From Crocosphaera subtropica ATCC 51142 (lineage in GTDB: Bacteria; Cyanobacteriota; Cyanobacteriia; Cyanobacteriales; Microcystaceae), in contig NC_010546.1 of the NCBI RefSeq assembly GCF_000017845.1, positions 4,200,001-4,232,000 on the forward strand: a stretch of DNA of 32,000 bases, given 5' to 3'. Shown piece by piece: positions 10,102 through 18,926 of the stretch; within the stretch, counting starts at the first letter, position 1, and each line of letters starts with the position of its first letter. The translations under genes and the position numbers were made by a program. A model generated the notes under the pieces. The model did not search any database. It saw nothing but the letters and a program-made list of their open reading frames with translations, and was not told the DNA's origin.

Positions 10102-10572
10102 CTAGTAACGGTAGTGAGCAAAGGCTTTGTTTGCGTCTGCCATGCGGTGGGTTTCATCCCGTTTTTTCATGGCTGCCCCTGTTTCGTTGGCTGCGTCCAT
10201 GATTTCGTTAGCCAGTTTACTAGCCATGCTCCGACCTCCTCTTATGCGAGAATAGCGGATTAACCATCGTAAGGCCAAGGTGGTTCCTCTAGCGGGACGC
10301 ACTTCCATAGGAACTTGATAGGTTGCCCCACCCACCCGTCTTGCTTTCACTTCTACGAGGGGAGTTAAATTTTTCATGGCTCTTTCAAAGACTTCTAGGG
10401 GTTCCTCTCCTGTCCGTTCTTTAATCATAGTCATGGCATCATAGACAATGCCGGCTGCTACGGATTTTTTACCGCTTTTCATGACCCGACGGATGGTCAT
10501 GTTCAATAAACAACTATTGTAAATGGGATCGGGGGGAACGGGTTTTCTTTTGATGTTTCCTCGGCGAGACAT
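10102..10572 (-). CDS. rpsG: 30S ribosomal protein S7
   Basis: 156 aa reading MSRRG...PDPIYNS...[20 protein letters not shown], the canonical S7 sequence. Confidence 0.98.
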   Translation of the reverse strand: MSRRGNIKRKPVPPDPIYNSCLLNMTIRRVMKSGKKSVAAGIVYDAMTMIKERTGEEPLEVFERAMKNLTPLVEVKARRVGGATYQVPMEVRPARGTTLALRWLIRYSRIRGGRSMASKLANEIMDAANETGAAMKKRDETHRMADANKAFAHYRY

Positions 10573-10706
10573 AGTGGCTGGTTCCTTTGAACTAGGTTAA
10601 CATTACAGACATTACAATTTTCTTTATCAAACGACCCCATTAGGGTTGTTTGTAGTTTTCAAGGTTCAGAATAATCCCTAAATATTACTTATCTCAAGTG
10701 TTGATC

Positions 10707-11081
10707 TTACTCTTTAGGTTTTTTGGTTCCGTACTTAGAACGGCCTTGTTTACGATCTTTTACCCCTTGAGCATCTAGGGTTCCCCGAATGATATGATAA
10801 CGTACCCCAGGTAAATCTTTTACCCGTCCTCCACGAATTAATACCACGGAGTGTTCTTGTAAGTTATGACCGATTCCAGGGATATAGGCAGTCACTTCAA
10901 ACCCTGATGTTAAACGAACCCTAGCTACTTTCCTTAGGGCTGAGTTGGGTTTTTTCGGGGTAGTAGTATATACTCTAGTGCATACACCACGACGTTGGGG
11001 ACACTGCTTTAGGGCAGGGGATTTTGTTTTCTTTTTGGCTTTGGAGCGTTCGCTCCGAATTAATTGTTGAATGGTTGGCAT
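10707..11081 (-). CDS. rpsL: 30S ribosomal protein S12
   Basis: 124 aa reading MPTIQQLIR...[16 protein letters not shown]...[10 protein letters not shown], the canonical S12 sequence. Confidence 0.98.
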   Translation of the reverse strand: MPTIQQLIRSERSKAKKKTKSPALKQCPQRRGVCTRVYTTTPKKPNSALRKVARVRLTSGFEVTAYIPGIGHNLQEHSVVLIRGGRVKDLPGVRYHIIRGTLDAQGVKDRKQGRSKYGTKKPKE

Positions 11082-11142
11082 AATTTCATATATAACAAGA
11101 CTGTCAGAGCTTCCGATTCAATAAAATCGCTGACAAATTCTC

Positions 11143-11172
11143 ATGATACCAATATATACTATGCTGTGTCAA
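11143..11172 (-). promoter_or_regulatory. Candidate sigma-70-type promoter of the str operon
   Basis: On the minus strand: TTGACA (rc of 11167-11172), an 18-nt spacer, then TATCAT (rc of 11143-11148). It lies about 60 nt upstream of the rpsL ATG. This is a sequence match only. Confidence 0.35.
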
Positions 11173-11190
11173 TGTCATTAACCACAGGCT

Positions 11191-11547
11191 TTATGTTTCT
11201 TTTATGGTAAAGGATAAACCGCAACGACAAGATGTGGTAATTAAGGGATTATGGAAACGAAACCCTCCTCCCATCAAGTCTTCTGCGTAGTCTAAGCGTA
11301 AGTCTGATAAATAGTTTAAACTTTGTTCATCAATAAGTACGGAAATATCTTCTATGGTGTGAAGGCGATCGCTATTTTCTTTCGTCTCACATAAGTCAAA
11401 CGTATAATACAGTCCATCACAACCCCCTGGTTTAACCCCTAAACGAAAGTAACTATCAGGTTGTTGACGACTATTTTGCATTCGTTTAATTTCTTTTATG
11501 GCTGCGGTTGTTAGTTCGAGCATATTGTTAGCATTATAATCTATCAA
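11191..11547 (-). CDS. IscA/HesB-family iron-sulfur cluster insertion protein
   Basis: GVKPGGCDGLYY plus a C-terminal SCRCGLSF (the family's C...CxC cysteine pattern). The true start may be the internal Met at residue 9. Confidence 0.85.
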   Translation of the reverse strand: MIDYNANNMLELTTAAIKEIKRMQNSRQQPDSYFRLGVKPGGCDGLYYTFDLCETKENSDRLHTIEDISVLIDEQSLNYLSDLRLDYAEDLMGGGFRFHNPLITTSCRCGLSFTIKET

Positions 11548-11619
11548 GTATTAATTGTAAGCTCACCAATCCACTAGGGGAAGATAAGACTTGACTTATC
11601 GATAAAATCAAATTAATAA

Positions 11620-12273
11620 TTAGTTATCTTGAGAAATGATATTTTTTTCTGCTTGACTCAAGAACAATTTAGGAACTATTAAACCCGATACTTGTTGATA
11701 AGCTTCAAATTCAGGGTAACGGGAAAGGGACTTATCTTTTTTAAGCATATTAGGAACAAAAAGAAGACTAATAAATAGTCCTAAAATAACAAAAGGTAAC
11801 CAATGCTGAGTTAATAGAGCAAAGCTACCATAGATTAAAATTTCTCCTAAATAATTGGTATTACGACAACGGGCAAAAAATCCTTCTGTAATTAATCCTG
11901 AATGATATTTGAGAGTATAATATTTTTGAGCATCGCTACTGTAATGTAAGAAAACCCCTAATATATTCATGGCAATAACAATAGCAATTAAAGGAGGAGA
12001 CGCTTCGATAGTTTGACTAATTAAAATAAAAGGAGCAACCCAATAAAGAGAAACCAGAAAAAAATAAATAATTCCCATTGGAATAGAGATTTCTTGCTCC
12101 CAACTTTTGTCTGGATATATTCTATCTTTTAATAGCCAAAGAATACCATAAGTTCCGTGCAGTGCTAAATAAACCCAAGCGGTAACACTAAAATTTTGAT
12201 AAACACTCATCAAACCTAAGACAAAAAATGAAGTGAGTCCTTTCGATAAATTGATAGGATGTTTGATTTTCAT
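11620..12273 (-). CDS. Polytopic membrane protein, DUF1295 / isoprenylcysteine carboxyl methyltransferase-like family
   Basis: About 5-6 hydrophobic helices and a C-terminal-half motif, FFARCRNTNYLGEILIYGSFAL, that resembles the RHPNY-GE motif of DUF1295/ICMT-type enzymes. Confidence 0.65.
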   Translation of the reverse strand: MKIKHPINLSKGLTSFFVLGLMSVYQNFSVTAWVYLALHGTYGILWLLKDRIYPDKSWEQEISIPMGIIYFFLVSLYWVAPFILISQTIEASPPLIAIVIAMNILGVFLHYSSDAQKYYTLKYHSGLITEGFFARCRNTNYLGEILIYGSFALLTQHWLPFVILGLFISLLFVPNMLKKDKSLSRYPEFEAYQQVSGLIVPKLFLSQAEKNIISQDN

Positions 12274-12293
12274 GGTTTGTGTATTAATAGAGT

Positions 12294-13979
12294 TTACTCA
12301 ACACCAACATTAAAGAAAATAGTAGCGCGACGAATCCCATTTTCACTGCCTTGACTACTTAAGGTAAAAGAACGAAGATTTCTTAATAAGGGTTTGACAC
12401 CAAATTCTACTACTCTGGCAATGGGTAATTTTTGGGTTAAAATGGGTTCACTTTTTTGCCAATTGAGATAAAAATAACCATCATTTTCTGGGGACAATCC
12501 TTCAATAGCGTGTCTAAATTCTTCTGTTTGAATTAACTTAGGAAACTCTGGAGAAATGGCTTGAGAAATGCCTTCAACTGACGTAGAAAAGATTACATAA
12601 TCATCAATATTTCCATGAACCCCACTGACTTCAGCTTGTAAACTGGCTAAACTTCTTTTATTTTGGTTAACCGTTGCTTTTAGCTTTGTCCAAACCGTTA
12701 CAGTCTTATCTAATAAGGATAAATTTCCCACCGTATAACCTGCATTTTCTGCCCATTCATCAAACGTTTCTAATACTTCATCTATCGCTACATCAGGATT
12801 TTTTTGAGCGACAAAAATCCAATCGGCTTCACCCCCTTCTTCTTTAGGTACTAATCCTAAGCTAAATTCCCCTTTAACCCAGGGAAAAACATCTTTAGCT
12901 AAATTGACTCCTAACGGTTCTTCTAAGTGGCTTATGGAGCGATTTAATAGTTGTTGCAGGGGACTATCTTGATCTAATCCTGTCTCAATTTGTTGCCATA
13001 ATTGATTTAAGTTGGTTCCTGTGGCGGTTAAAATGGTGTTAGCAGGAAGATAAGAAAACGCTTCGACGGGTTCCGATAAAATAGGAGAACGATTATTATC
13101 TCCTGAAACTCCAATTAAGGCGGTTTGGGCGACTAACCCTTCTTCTTTGATGGAAAAGGCAATGGTTAAGGTTTGGGTGATCTCAGGTAATTCAGGAATG
13201 GGTAGATTAGCTAACCAAGCGGATAACTCAGGAAAATTGGTGTAAACAATGGCAATTCTGGGATCAGTAATCGTGTTTAATGCCTTCTGATAGCCTGGGG
13301 CATTTTTTAAGTTTAAATCAGGAACTTGAACATTATTAATACTCTCTTTTAAGACTTGAATATCATTAGCAAACAATACCATATTACCCACCACTGCCGT
13401 TGCAGAAAGGGGTGTATTTTTCTTTAAGTTGGGGTTCTCTTGTGCAATTAAATTTACCCCTTTATAAGATTCAAAAACTAAGTCAGACGTACCGGCGATC
13501 GCCTCAGCAGAATAAGACGCTTGTAAGAACTCATTGGCTAATTGTTGATCCTTTGTAGAAACTGCTAATAAATAACCCGGTTTGATGCCATTATTCGGAT
13601 TATGATCGTAGTCAAGAGATGTCACCGCCAGGGTAATTTCTTCTCCTAACCAGGGTTGAATTTGAGATTGATAATCAAGTCCTGTTTTGGCTAATAACGT
13701 TTTTTCAATAGTGAGTATTTCTTGATGCGATCGCCGTCTTTTTTCAGGGGAAGCAATAAACCGTCCCAACCCATCCAAGCGATCGGGGTTCGTTAACAAG
13801 GAAACCATCACCGGTGCTTGTTTTGGCAGAAAAACGGCCGTAATAGGTTCTTTCATCACCCCTCCTGCCAATAAAGGTAAAGGACTGGGTTTTAATATCC
13901 AGGAGACACTACTTCCTGCTAGAGAAAGAAGAAGAATAACACCAACGATGAGAGTGATAAAAAAAGGACGCAACTTCAC
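12294..13979 (-). CDS. Conserved cyanobacterial hypothetical protein with an N-terminal signal anchor (DUF3352-like, from memory)
   Basis: A 561-aa uninterrupted ORF with normal composition and two HIP1 sites. The N-terminal helix is FFITLIVGVILLLSLAGSSV. I recognised no catalytic motif. Confidence 0.7.
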   Translation of the reverse strand: MKLRPFFITLIVGVILLLSLAGSSVSWILKPSPLPLLAGGVMKEPITAVFLPKQAPVMVSLLTNPDRLDGLGRFIASPEKRRRSHQEILTIEKTLLAKTGLDYQSQIQPWLGEEITLAVTSLDYDHNPNNGIKPGYLLAVSTKDQQLANEFLQASYSAEAIAGTSDLVFESYKGVNLIAQENPNLKKNTPLSATAVVGNMVLFANDIQVLKESINNVQVPDLNLKNAPGYQKALNTITDPRIAIVYTNFPELSAWLANLPIPELPEITQTLTIAFSIKEEGLVAQTALIGVSGDNNRSPILSEPVEAFSYLPANTILTATGTNLNQLWQQIETGLDQDSPLQQLLNRSISHLEEPLGVNLAKDVFPWVKGEFSLGLVPKEEGGEADWIFVAQKNPDVAIDEVLETFDEWAENAGYTVGNLSLLDKTVTVWTKLKATVNQNKRSLASLQAEVSGVHGNIDDYVIFSTSVEGISQAISPEFPKLIQTEEFRHAIEGLSPENDGYFYLNWQKSEPILTQKLPIARVVEFGVKPLLRNLRSFTLSSQGSENGIRRATIFFNVGVE

Positions 13980-14335
13980 TATTATCTATCCAGAATAAGG
14001 GATGACCAATGTTTATTTTAACCCTAATATGGAGGATGGGCATTGACCGCCTTAGTCATAAACTAAGTAGATCACAAAGATCCTAGTTAGGACTGCGGGG
14101 AAGCAGCCCAAACAAGTAAGTTTTCGATCTACTGAAACTGTAAGCATTCAGCCGTCAGCATTCAGCTAAGAGATAAAATTAATCTAAAAGTTAGCCATCA
14201 TTGAGTTAGATTACGCTTTCATTAACAAATTGATGAGTTAAGAAAAAATCCGTTAGCATTACAAGAACTAACTCATCAGGTCAGTGTACGGATGAGTAAT
14301 GTATGTGAGTAAAATGTGAACGGTAAGGAAACACA

Positions 14336-15772
14336 ATGAAAAAAACCTTATTTTTAAGTCCTCCGTCCTTTAATGGGTTTGACGGGGCTGCAGGGGCTAG
14401 ATATCAAGCCAAACGAGAAATTACCTCCTTTTGGTATCCCACCTGGTTAGCCCAACCGGCGGCCTTAGTCCCAGGTAGTAAATTAGTGGATGCACCAGCC
14501 CATTATCAAACCGTTGAGGATGTCTTAAAAATTGCGAAAGACTACGAACTGGTGATTATGTACACCAGTACCCCTACCTTACCCAATGATGTTAAATGCG
14601 CTGAGGCCATTAAAGCCCAAAACCCCCACACACAAGTCGGGTTATTAGGGGCCCATGCTGCGGTTTTACCCACCGAAACCTTAGAAGAAAACCCTGTTAT
14701 TGATTTTGTCTGTCGCAACGAATTTGATTACACTTGTAAAGAATTAGCAGAAGGAAAACCCTACGAAGCCATTAAAGGACTCAGTTATCGGGATAAGTTC
14801 GGTAACATTAAGCATACCGAAGAACGGGAATTAATTCACGATTGGGACTCCATGCCCAGTGTTTTTCCCATGTACGAAAAACATCTAAATTTCCGTAATT
14901 ACTTTATTGGTTATTTACTCCATCCCTACGTCTCTTTGTACACAGGAAGAGGCTGTCCTGCTAAATGTACTTTTTGTCTCTGGCCCCAAACCATCGGGGG
15001 TCATCAATACCGTGCCAAAAGTCCCGAAGCAGTGGGTAAAGAGATGGCTTTAGCTAAGTCCATATGGGGTAACTCTGTCCGAGAATATTTCTTTGATGAC
15101 GATACCTTTACCATTGATAAAAAGCGGGTTATTGCCATCAGTGAACATCTCAAAAAGCTTAACTTAACCTGGAGTTGTAACGCCCGTGCTAACCTAGATT
15201 ATGACACCCTAAAAACCTTAAGAGATAATGGCTTACGTCTCTTATTAGTTGGGTTTGAATCGGGAAATCAAGGGGTTTTGGATGGCGTTAAAAAAGGCAT
15301 TAAATTAGAAGTTGCTCGTAAGTTTATGAACAACTGTAATAAACTTGGGATTAAGGTACACGGGGCCTTTATTCTGGGGTTACCTAATGAAAGCAAAGAA
15401 ACCATCGAAGATACCATTCGCTTTGCTTGTGAAGTCAGTCCCCACACCATTCAAGTGTCCATTGCGTCTCCTTATCCTGGCACAGAATTGTACAAACAAG
15501 CGCAAGAAAACGGTTGGTTTACGAACGGAGATTTAGTAGCCAGTTCCGGTATTCAAATGTCTACCTTACAATATCCTAATCTCTCTGCTTCTGAAATTGA
15601 AGATGCCGTTGAACGGATGTATCGTCGCTTCTATTTCCGTCGTCGGACGATCATTCCTATTGTCAAAGAAATGATCGTAGACCCACAAATGTTAGTGCGT
15701 CGTTTACGGGAAGGCCGGGAATTTATGGCCTATTTAAAAGAACGTCATACTCGCAGTTTAGTTAACGCTTAA
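14336..15772 (+). CDS. hpnJ: B12-binding radical SAM enzyme, hopanoid-biosynthesis-associated HpnJ-like
   Basis: The N-terminus MKKTLFLSPPSFNGFDGAAGARYQAKREITSFWYPTWLAQPAALVPGSKL matches my memory of HpnJ (TIGR03471). The radical-SAM cluster motif CPAKCTFC (CxxxCxxC) is at nt 14954-14977. Confidence 0.75.
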   Translation: MKKTLFLSPPSFNGFDGAAGARYQAKREITSFWYPTWLAQPAALVPGSKLVDAPAHYQTVEDVLKIAKDYELVIMYTSTPTLPNDVKCAEAIKAQNPHTQVGLLGAHAAVLPTETLEENPVIDFVCRNEFDYTCKELAEGKPYEAIKGLSYRDKFGNIKHTEERELIHDWDSMPSVFPMYEKHLNFRNYFIGYLLHPYVSLYTGRGCPAKCTFCLWPQTIGGHQYRAKSPEAVGKEMALAKSIWGNSVREYFFDDDTFTIDKKRVIAISEHLKKLNLTWSCNARANLDYDTLKTLRDNGLRLLLVGFESGNQGVLDGVKKGIKLEVARKFMNNCNKLGIKVHGAFILGLPNESKETIEDTIRFACEVSPHTIQVSIASPYPGTELYKQAQENGWFTNGDLVASSGIQMSTLQYPNLSASEIEDAVERMYRRFYFRRRTIIPIVKEMIVDPQMLVRRLREGREFMAYLKERHTRSLVNA

Positions 15773-15832
15773 ACCTATCGTTATCATCAGTCGGTTGGGT
15801 GGAACGAGAGTGAAACCCAACGCGATGAAGTA

Positions 15833-15870
15833 GGGGTTAGGAGTTCGGAGTTCGGAGTTCGGAGTTCGGG
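15833..15870. repeat. Heptanucleotide tandem repeat (GGAGTTC)x4 plus a degenerate flanking copy (STRR-like)
   Basis: Perfect copies at 15840-15846, 15847-15853, 15854-15860 and 15861-15867, preceded by ggggtta. Confidence 0.9.
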
Positions 15871-15924
15871 GATATGAGGTAGGAGGAAAGAGTCAAAACC
15901 AGGGTAGAATCATTTTGTAAGGGT

Positions 15925-16092
15925 GATCAATAATTTAGGACTATTGATCAATAAGTCTGTAATAAGGGTCAATTATTTTTCAACAGCGATCAATAATTGT
16001 GCAATAAGCGTCAGTTATTTTTTAACAGCGATCAATGATTCAGACCGATGGATCAATGATTTTGCAATAGCGATCAATGACCCTACACTATA
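15925..16092. repeat. Eight tandem 21-bp repeats with a conserved GATCAAT(A/G)AT core
   Basis: Core starts fall at 15925, 15946, 15967, 15988, 16009, 16030, 16051 and 16072, so the period is exactly 21 bp. Copies 3 and 5 are degenerate (ggtcaatt, cgtcagtt). Copy 2 forms the 10-bp palindrome ATTGATCAAT. Confidence 0.85.
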
Positions 16093-16116
16093 TTAAAAGG
16101 TGGGCAAAGCCCACCC
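16093..16116 (-). terminator. Rho-independent terminator of the FAD-oxidoreductase gene
   Basis: ggtgggc (16099-16105) pairs with gcccacc (16109-16115) across a 3-nt loop. On the minus strand it is followed by TTTT (complement of 16095-16098). It starts 7 nt past the stop codon. Confidence 0.55.
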
Positions 16117-16122
16117 TACAGT

Positions 16123-18192
16123 TTAACGACGAAGGCTAAACATTATGTCACGGGGAAAAGTAGTAGGATTACCATTACTTTCTAACCGTCGACGTAACTG
16201 TTGTAATTTAGCTTCTTGTTGAGGTAAATTATCCACCAATTGATAGGGTAAAATACTTTGTTCTAGGGAAAAACTAGCTAAGGTTCCGGCTGCAGCACCC
16301 ACGGACCATTCAAACCCATGTACCCGATAAGCAGCCGCCGCAATGTGACTGGTGGCAATACTTTTCCCTGATACGATCAAATTATCCACTTTTTGAGGAA
16401 TTAAAGCCCTTAAAGGTATTTGTGCCGGATGAGCCCCACCGTGAGCAACACGAACCCCTGGACGTTCGCGGTTACCACGCTTTTCTGGGGGAGATAAGGC
16501 CATACAAGGATGAAAATCAATCATATAGTCAGCGACTCCCACCGAGTCAGGATAAACGGTTGCATGGGTGCGTCGGGTGATCATGTACGACGGGCGATCG
16601 TTAGCAGTGACAAATTTGGATTCTAAATCCGCAATAGTTGACCACACCAACTGATACATGGGACGAGGTAAAGAGGTGCGATAAAAATCATGCCAATAAT
16701 CTTTAGTGGAAATATCGATCTCGTTAATCGCAAACCCTTGAGGATGATCGTAAGAGGATCTACCGATAATGCGTCTCCCCTCCCGAATATAAGGGTATTT
16801 GGATAACCCGTGACTGGTTCCCATAGGAGAATCTAACCCTTGCAAGAAGCGATGATTCGGATGAGGCCGTTTAACCCCATAGCCTAAACGAGAATCAGTA
16901 GTACCTGCAACTAACCAATAGTAAAACCCCTGAGAGAGTTCTTCTCCTTTGCGTAAGGCTTCTGTACGGAGTCCCCCTTTCCAACCGTCGGGTTCGAGTT
17001 GTCCCGTTTGTTCGAGTTGTCTACGACTATAAACCAAGTTATCTTGAGCGGTTCCGGGACGGTAATCATTCCCCCATACCCAGTTTTGCATGGAAATATC
17101 GCCGGGGGTGGGTTCATGAACTTTCATCGGCCCCACTCTGACAAATTTGCCTTGTTCGTTACTCCAGATGCGTCGATAGGTAAACACTAAGTCAAAATAG
17201 GCCATTCTGCGATCGCTATCATAACCGTAGTAGGGTTCGTACTGTTCATAAAAGGAGGGTTTCGTCTGGGGTTGGGGGGTGGCGGTTCGTTCCATTGCAA
17301 AGGGGTAGGTAAACCCTTGCACACAGTAGGGATCGCCATTTTCGGTGGGAGAAGAGGGGTTAAGATGACTACGGGGGTCCAGTCCTAAACGGTAGGGAAC
17401 GTCTGCTAAAGCGACGATTTCACCGGTTTCTGTGGCTTCTATGACAAACCAGTCGGTGGGACTTCCTTTTTTAGATTTGGACTCGAAGCGGATAATTTTC
17501 TTGTTAAACCGTTGAGAGTTTTCGTAGCTATAAGCATCTTCAATGGTTTTAGAAAGGGGATCTTTGTTGAGGTGACCGGTTCCAGTTTTCGGGCTATGTT
17601 GAATAGCGATCGCACTTTTGATTAATTTTCCATCTTCACTTAATTCTACGTCTTTAATCACCGTAGAAGGAAACCATTTTAATGTGCCTCTTCCCCATTG
17701 TTGGGCTTCTCTTAATTGCTGATATAATAACTGATGACCATGATAGGGAAGAAAACAACTTTCACTAACCCAACATTCTCCAGGGTTTTGTCGATTGTAG
17801 AGACGGGCAATATTTCTTCTTAACGTATTGTATCCTCTGGGAAAATGTTGTTGCGATCGCTGTCGTTTTCCTTCGTCTAAAGCCGAGGTTCCTTGTGACG
17901 AAATTTGTCCCCCAACCCAATCGGTAATTTCGGTTAAACAAACGGTTTTTCCTGCCAATAAGCCCTCGTAAGCTGCAGCCGAACCTGCTAACCCCGCCCC
18001 AACGATTAATATATCACAATTAACGGTTTCGTGAGGATTACGGGAATTAGCTGACATAGGTAACGTTGTTTCTAAGCTAATTATTCCTAAAAATAAACTT
18101 GTCAAAATTCGTTTTAACGTTTTTTTTTCATGGGTTCTTTTTGGTGACAATAATTTCCCAGATTTTTCCTGATGTTTCCTGAGTCTTCCCAT
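16123..18192 (-). CDS. FAD-dependent oxidoreductase (FAD_oxidored/PF12831-like) with a basic, hydrophobic N-terminal signal-anchor-like extension
   Basis: The dinucleotide-binding motif DILIVGAGLAGSAAAYE is followed by DWVGGQ. The N-terminal 45 aa are Lys/Arg-rich and then hydrophobic (ILTSLFLGIISL). The real start could be an internal Met (MSANS...). Three HIP1 sites lie inside the gene, which suggests native DNA. Confidence 0.8.
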   Translation of the reverse strand: MGRLRKHQEKSGKLLSPKRTHEKKTLKRILTSLFLGIISLETTLPMSANSRNPHETVNCDILIVGAGLAGSAAAYEGLLAGKTVCLTEITDWVGGQISSQGTSALDEGKRQRSQQHFPRGYNTLRRNIARLYNRQNPGECWVSESCFLPYHGHQLLYQQLREAQQWGRGTLKWFPSTVIKDVELSEDGKLIKSAIAIQHSPKTGTGHLNKDPLSKTIEDAYSYENSQRFNKKIIRFESKSKKGSPTDWFVIEATETGEIVALADVPYRLGLDPRSHLNPSSPTENGDPYCVQGFTYPFAMERTATPQPQTKPSFYEQYEPYYGYDSDRRMAYFDLVFTYRRIWSNEQGKFVRVGPMKVHEPTPGDISMQNWVWGNDYRPGTAQDNLVYSRRQLEQTGQLEPDGWKGGLRTEALRKGEELSQGFYYWLVAGTTDSRLGYGVKRPHPNHRFLQGLDSPMGTSHGLSKYPYIREGRRIIGRSSYDHPQGFAINEIDISTKDYWHDFYRTSLPRPMYQLVWSTIADLESKFVTANDRPSYMITRRTHATVYPDSVGVADYMIDFHPCMALSPPEKRGNRERPGVRVAHGGAHPAQIPLRALIPQKVDNLIVSGKSIATSHIAAAAYRVHGFEWSVGAAAGTLASFSLEQSILPYQLVDNLPQQEAKLQQLRRRLESNGNPTTFPRDIMFSLRR

Positions 18193-18701
18193 AATTTTTA
18201 TTGAGTGTGTGAGTATAGCAAGCTAGATGATTAACTATTATGAAGATAGATAGCCAATCATTTATTTTTGTTGTGTTTGGTTCTTTAAGTCTAGGAAAAG
18301 TCTCAGCAAATACTGCAATCTTTTAAGTCTTTTTTCAGATTGTTGAACAATTATTCTGAAAGTTAACAATTATCGTGGCTAAATCAATAGTTTCTATAAA
18401 TTTTTGTTGCTTTTAGCTTTTCTTAATTGATTAATCATCGTTGATTATGTAGGGTTAATTTATCATTCAACCAATTTCCCTTTCTAGTTTGTGACACTAA
18501 GTATTTAATTTAAGAGCCATACTAATATTCGTAAAAGTAAAAACTTTCTTTTTGATAATGCGTTCTCTAAATAATCCTGATAGAAAGGTAGAAAATCCAT
18601 AGAATATGATAAAAATATAAATATATTTGCACAGTTTTCTTATCATTTTTACATGAATTAATTCTGTCCATTTCTAACAATTAACAGTAGCCAATCATCT
18701 T

Positions 18702-18742
18702 GAGAAGGCAGAGAAGGCAGGGGAAGCAGGGGGAGAAAGAAG
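18702..18742. repeat. Purine-rich 9-bp tandem repeat (GAGAAGGCA x2, GGGGAAGCA, GGGGGAGAA...)
   Basis: Copies read directly at 18702-18710, 18711-18719 and 18720-18728, with a tail running to 18742. Confidence 0.7.
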
Positions 18743-18843
18743 ATTACTCTACGATGATAAGCGGATTTGGTATAACAAGAAGTCTCAAACCCTCATTCCC
18801 TCGTTAAAAAAATTCTAACTCCGTTGCGTAGCACGATGTAGTC

Positions 18844-18864
18844 GCACTCCGAACTCCGAACTCA
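18844..18864. repeat. Imperfect (GAACTCC)x3 run, the reverse complement of the 15840-15867 heptamer
   Basis: gcactcc, gaactcc, gaactca at 18844-18864. Confidence 0.6.
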
Positions 18865-18926
18865 CGTTCATTTAAGTCCCAAGCATAATGTGTAGTGCCA
18901 TAGAAATTGTCAAAACTTTTGTTGCA

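Noticed and set aside
15268-15536. ORFs 15268..15450 (-) and 15345..15536 (+) inside hpnJ
   Set aside because: They are internal to a well-supported radical-SAM gene, either out of frame or antisense.
15794-15821. Hairpin gttgggt...acccaac after hpnJ, considered as a terminator
   Set aside because: The stem is only 7 bp with a 14-nt loop and no T-tract. It resembles a common dispersed cyanobacterial motif rather than a clear intrinsic terminator.
15925-16092. The 21-bp repeat array considered as a CRISPR array
   Set aside because: A conserved core of about 10 bp and variable parts of about 11 bp are far too short for CRISPR repeats and spacers. No cas genes are in the window.
16911-17190. 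ORFs 16911..17117 (-) and 16999..17190 (+) inside the FAD-oxidoreductase gene
   Set aside because: They are nested alternative-frame or antisense ORFs with no independent signals.
15833-18864. Inverted heptamer runs considered as terminal inverted repeats of a transposon carrying the FAD-oxidoreductase gene
   Set aside because: There is no transposase or integrase and no target-site duplication. The enclosed gene contains three HIP1 sites, so it looks native. The repeats fit the generic cyanobacterial short-tandem-repeat class.
18193-18926. The 734-bp AT-rich spacer scanned for tRNA or ncRNA genes, or for a small precursor gene (for example the 28-aa ORF MKIDSQSFIFVVFGSLSLGKVSANTAIF near 18239)
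   Set aside because: I found no tRNA-like arms, no stable extended structure and no ribosome-binding site or leader-like sequence. It most likely holds only the promoter region of the FAD-oxidoreductase gene and the 3' region of the kinase gene.
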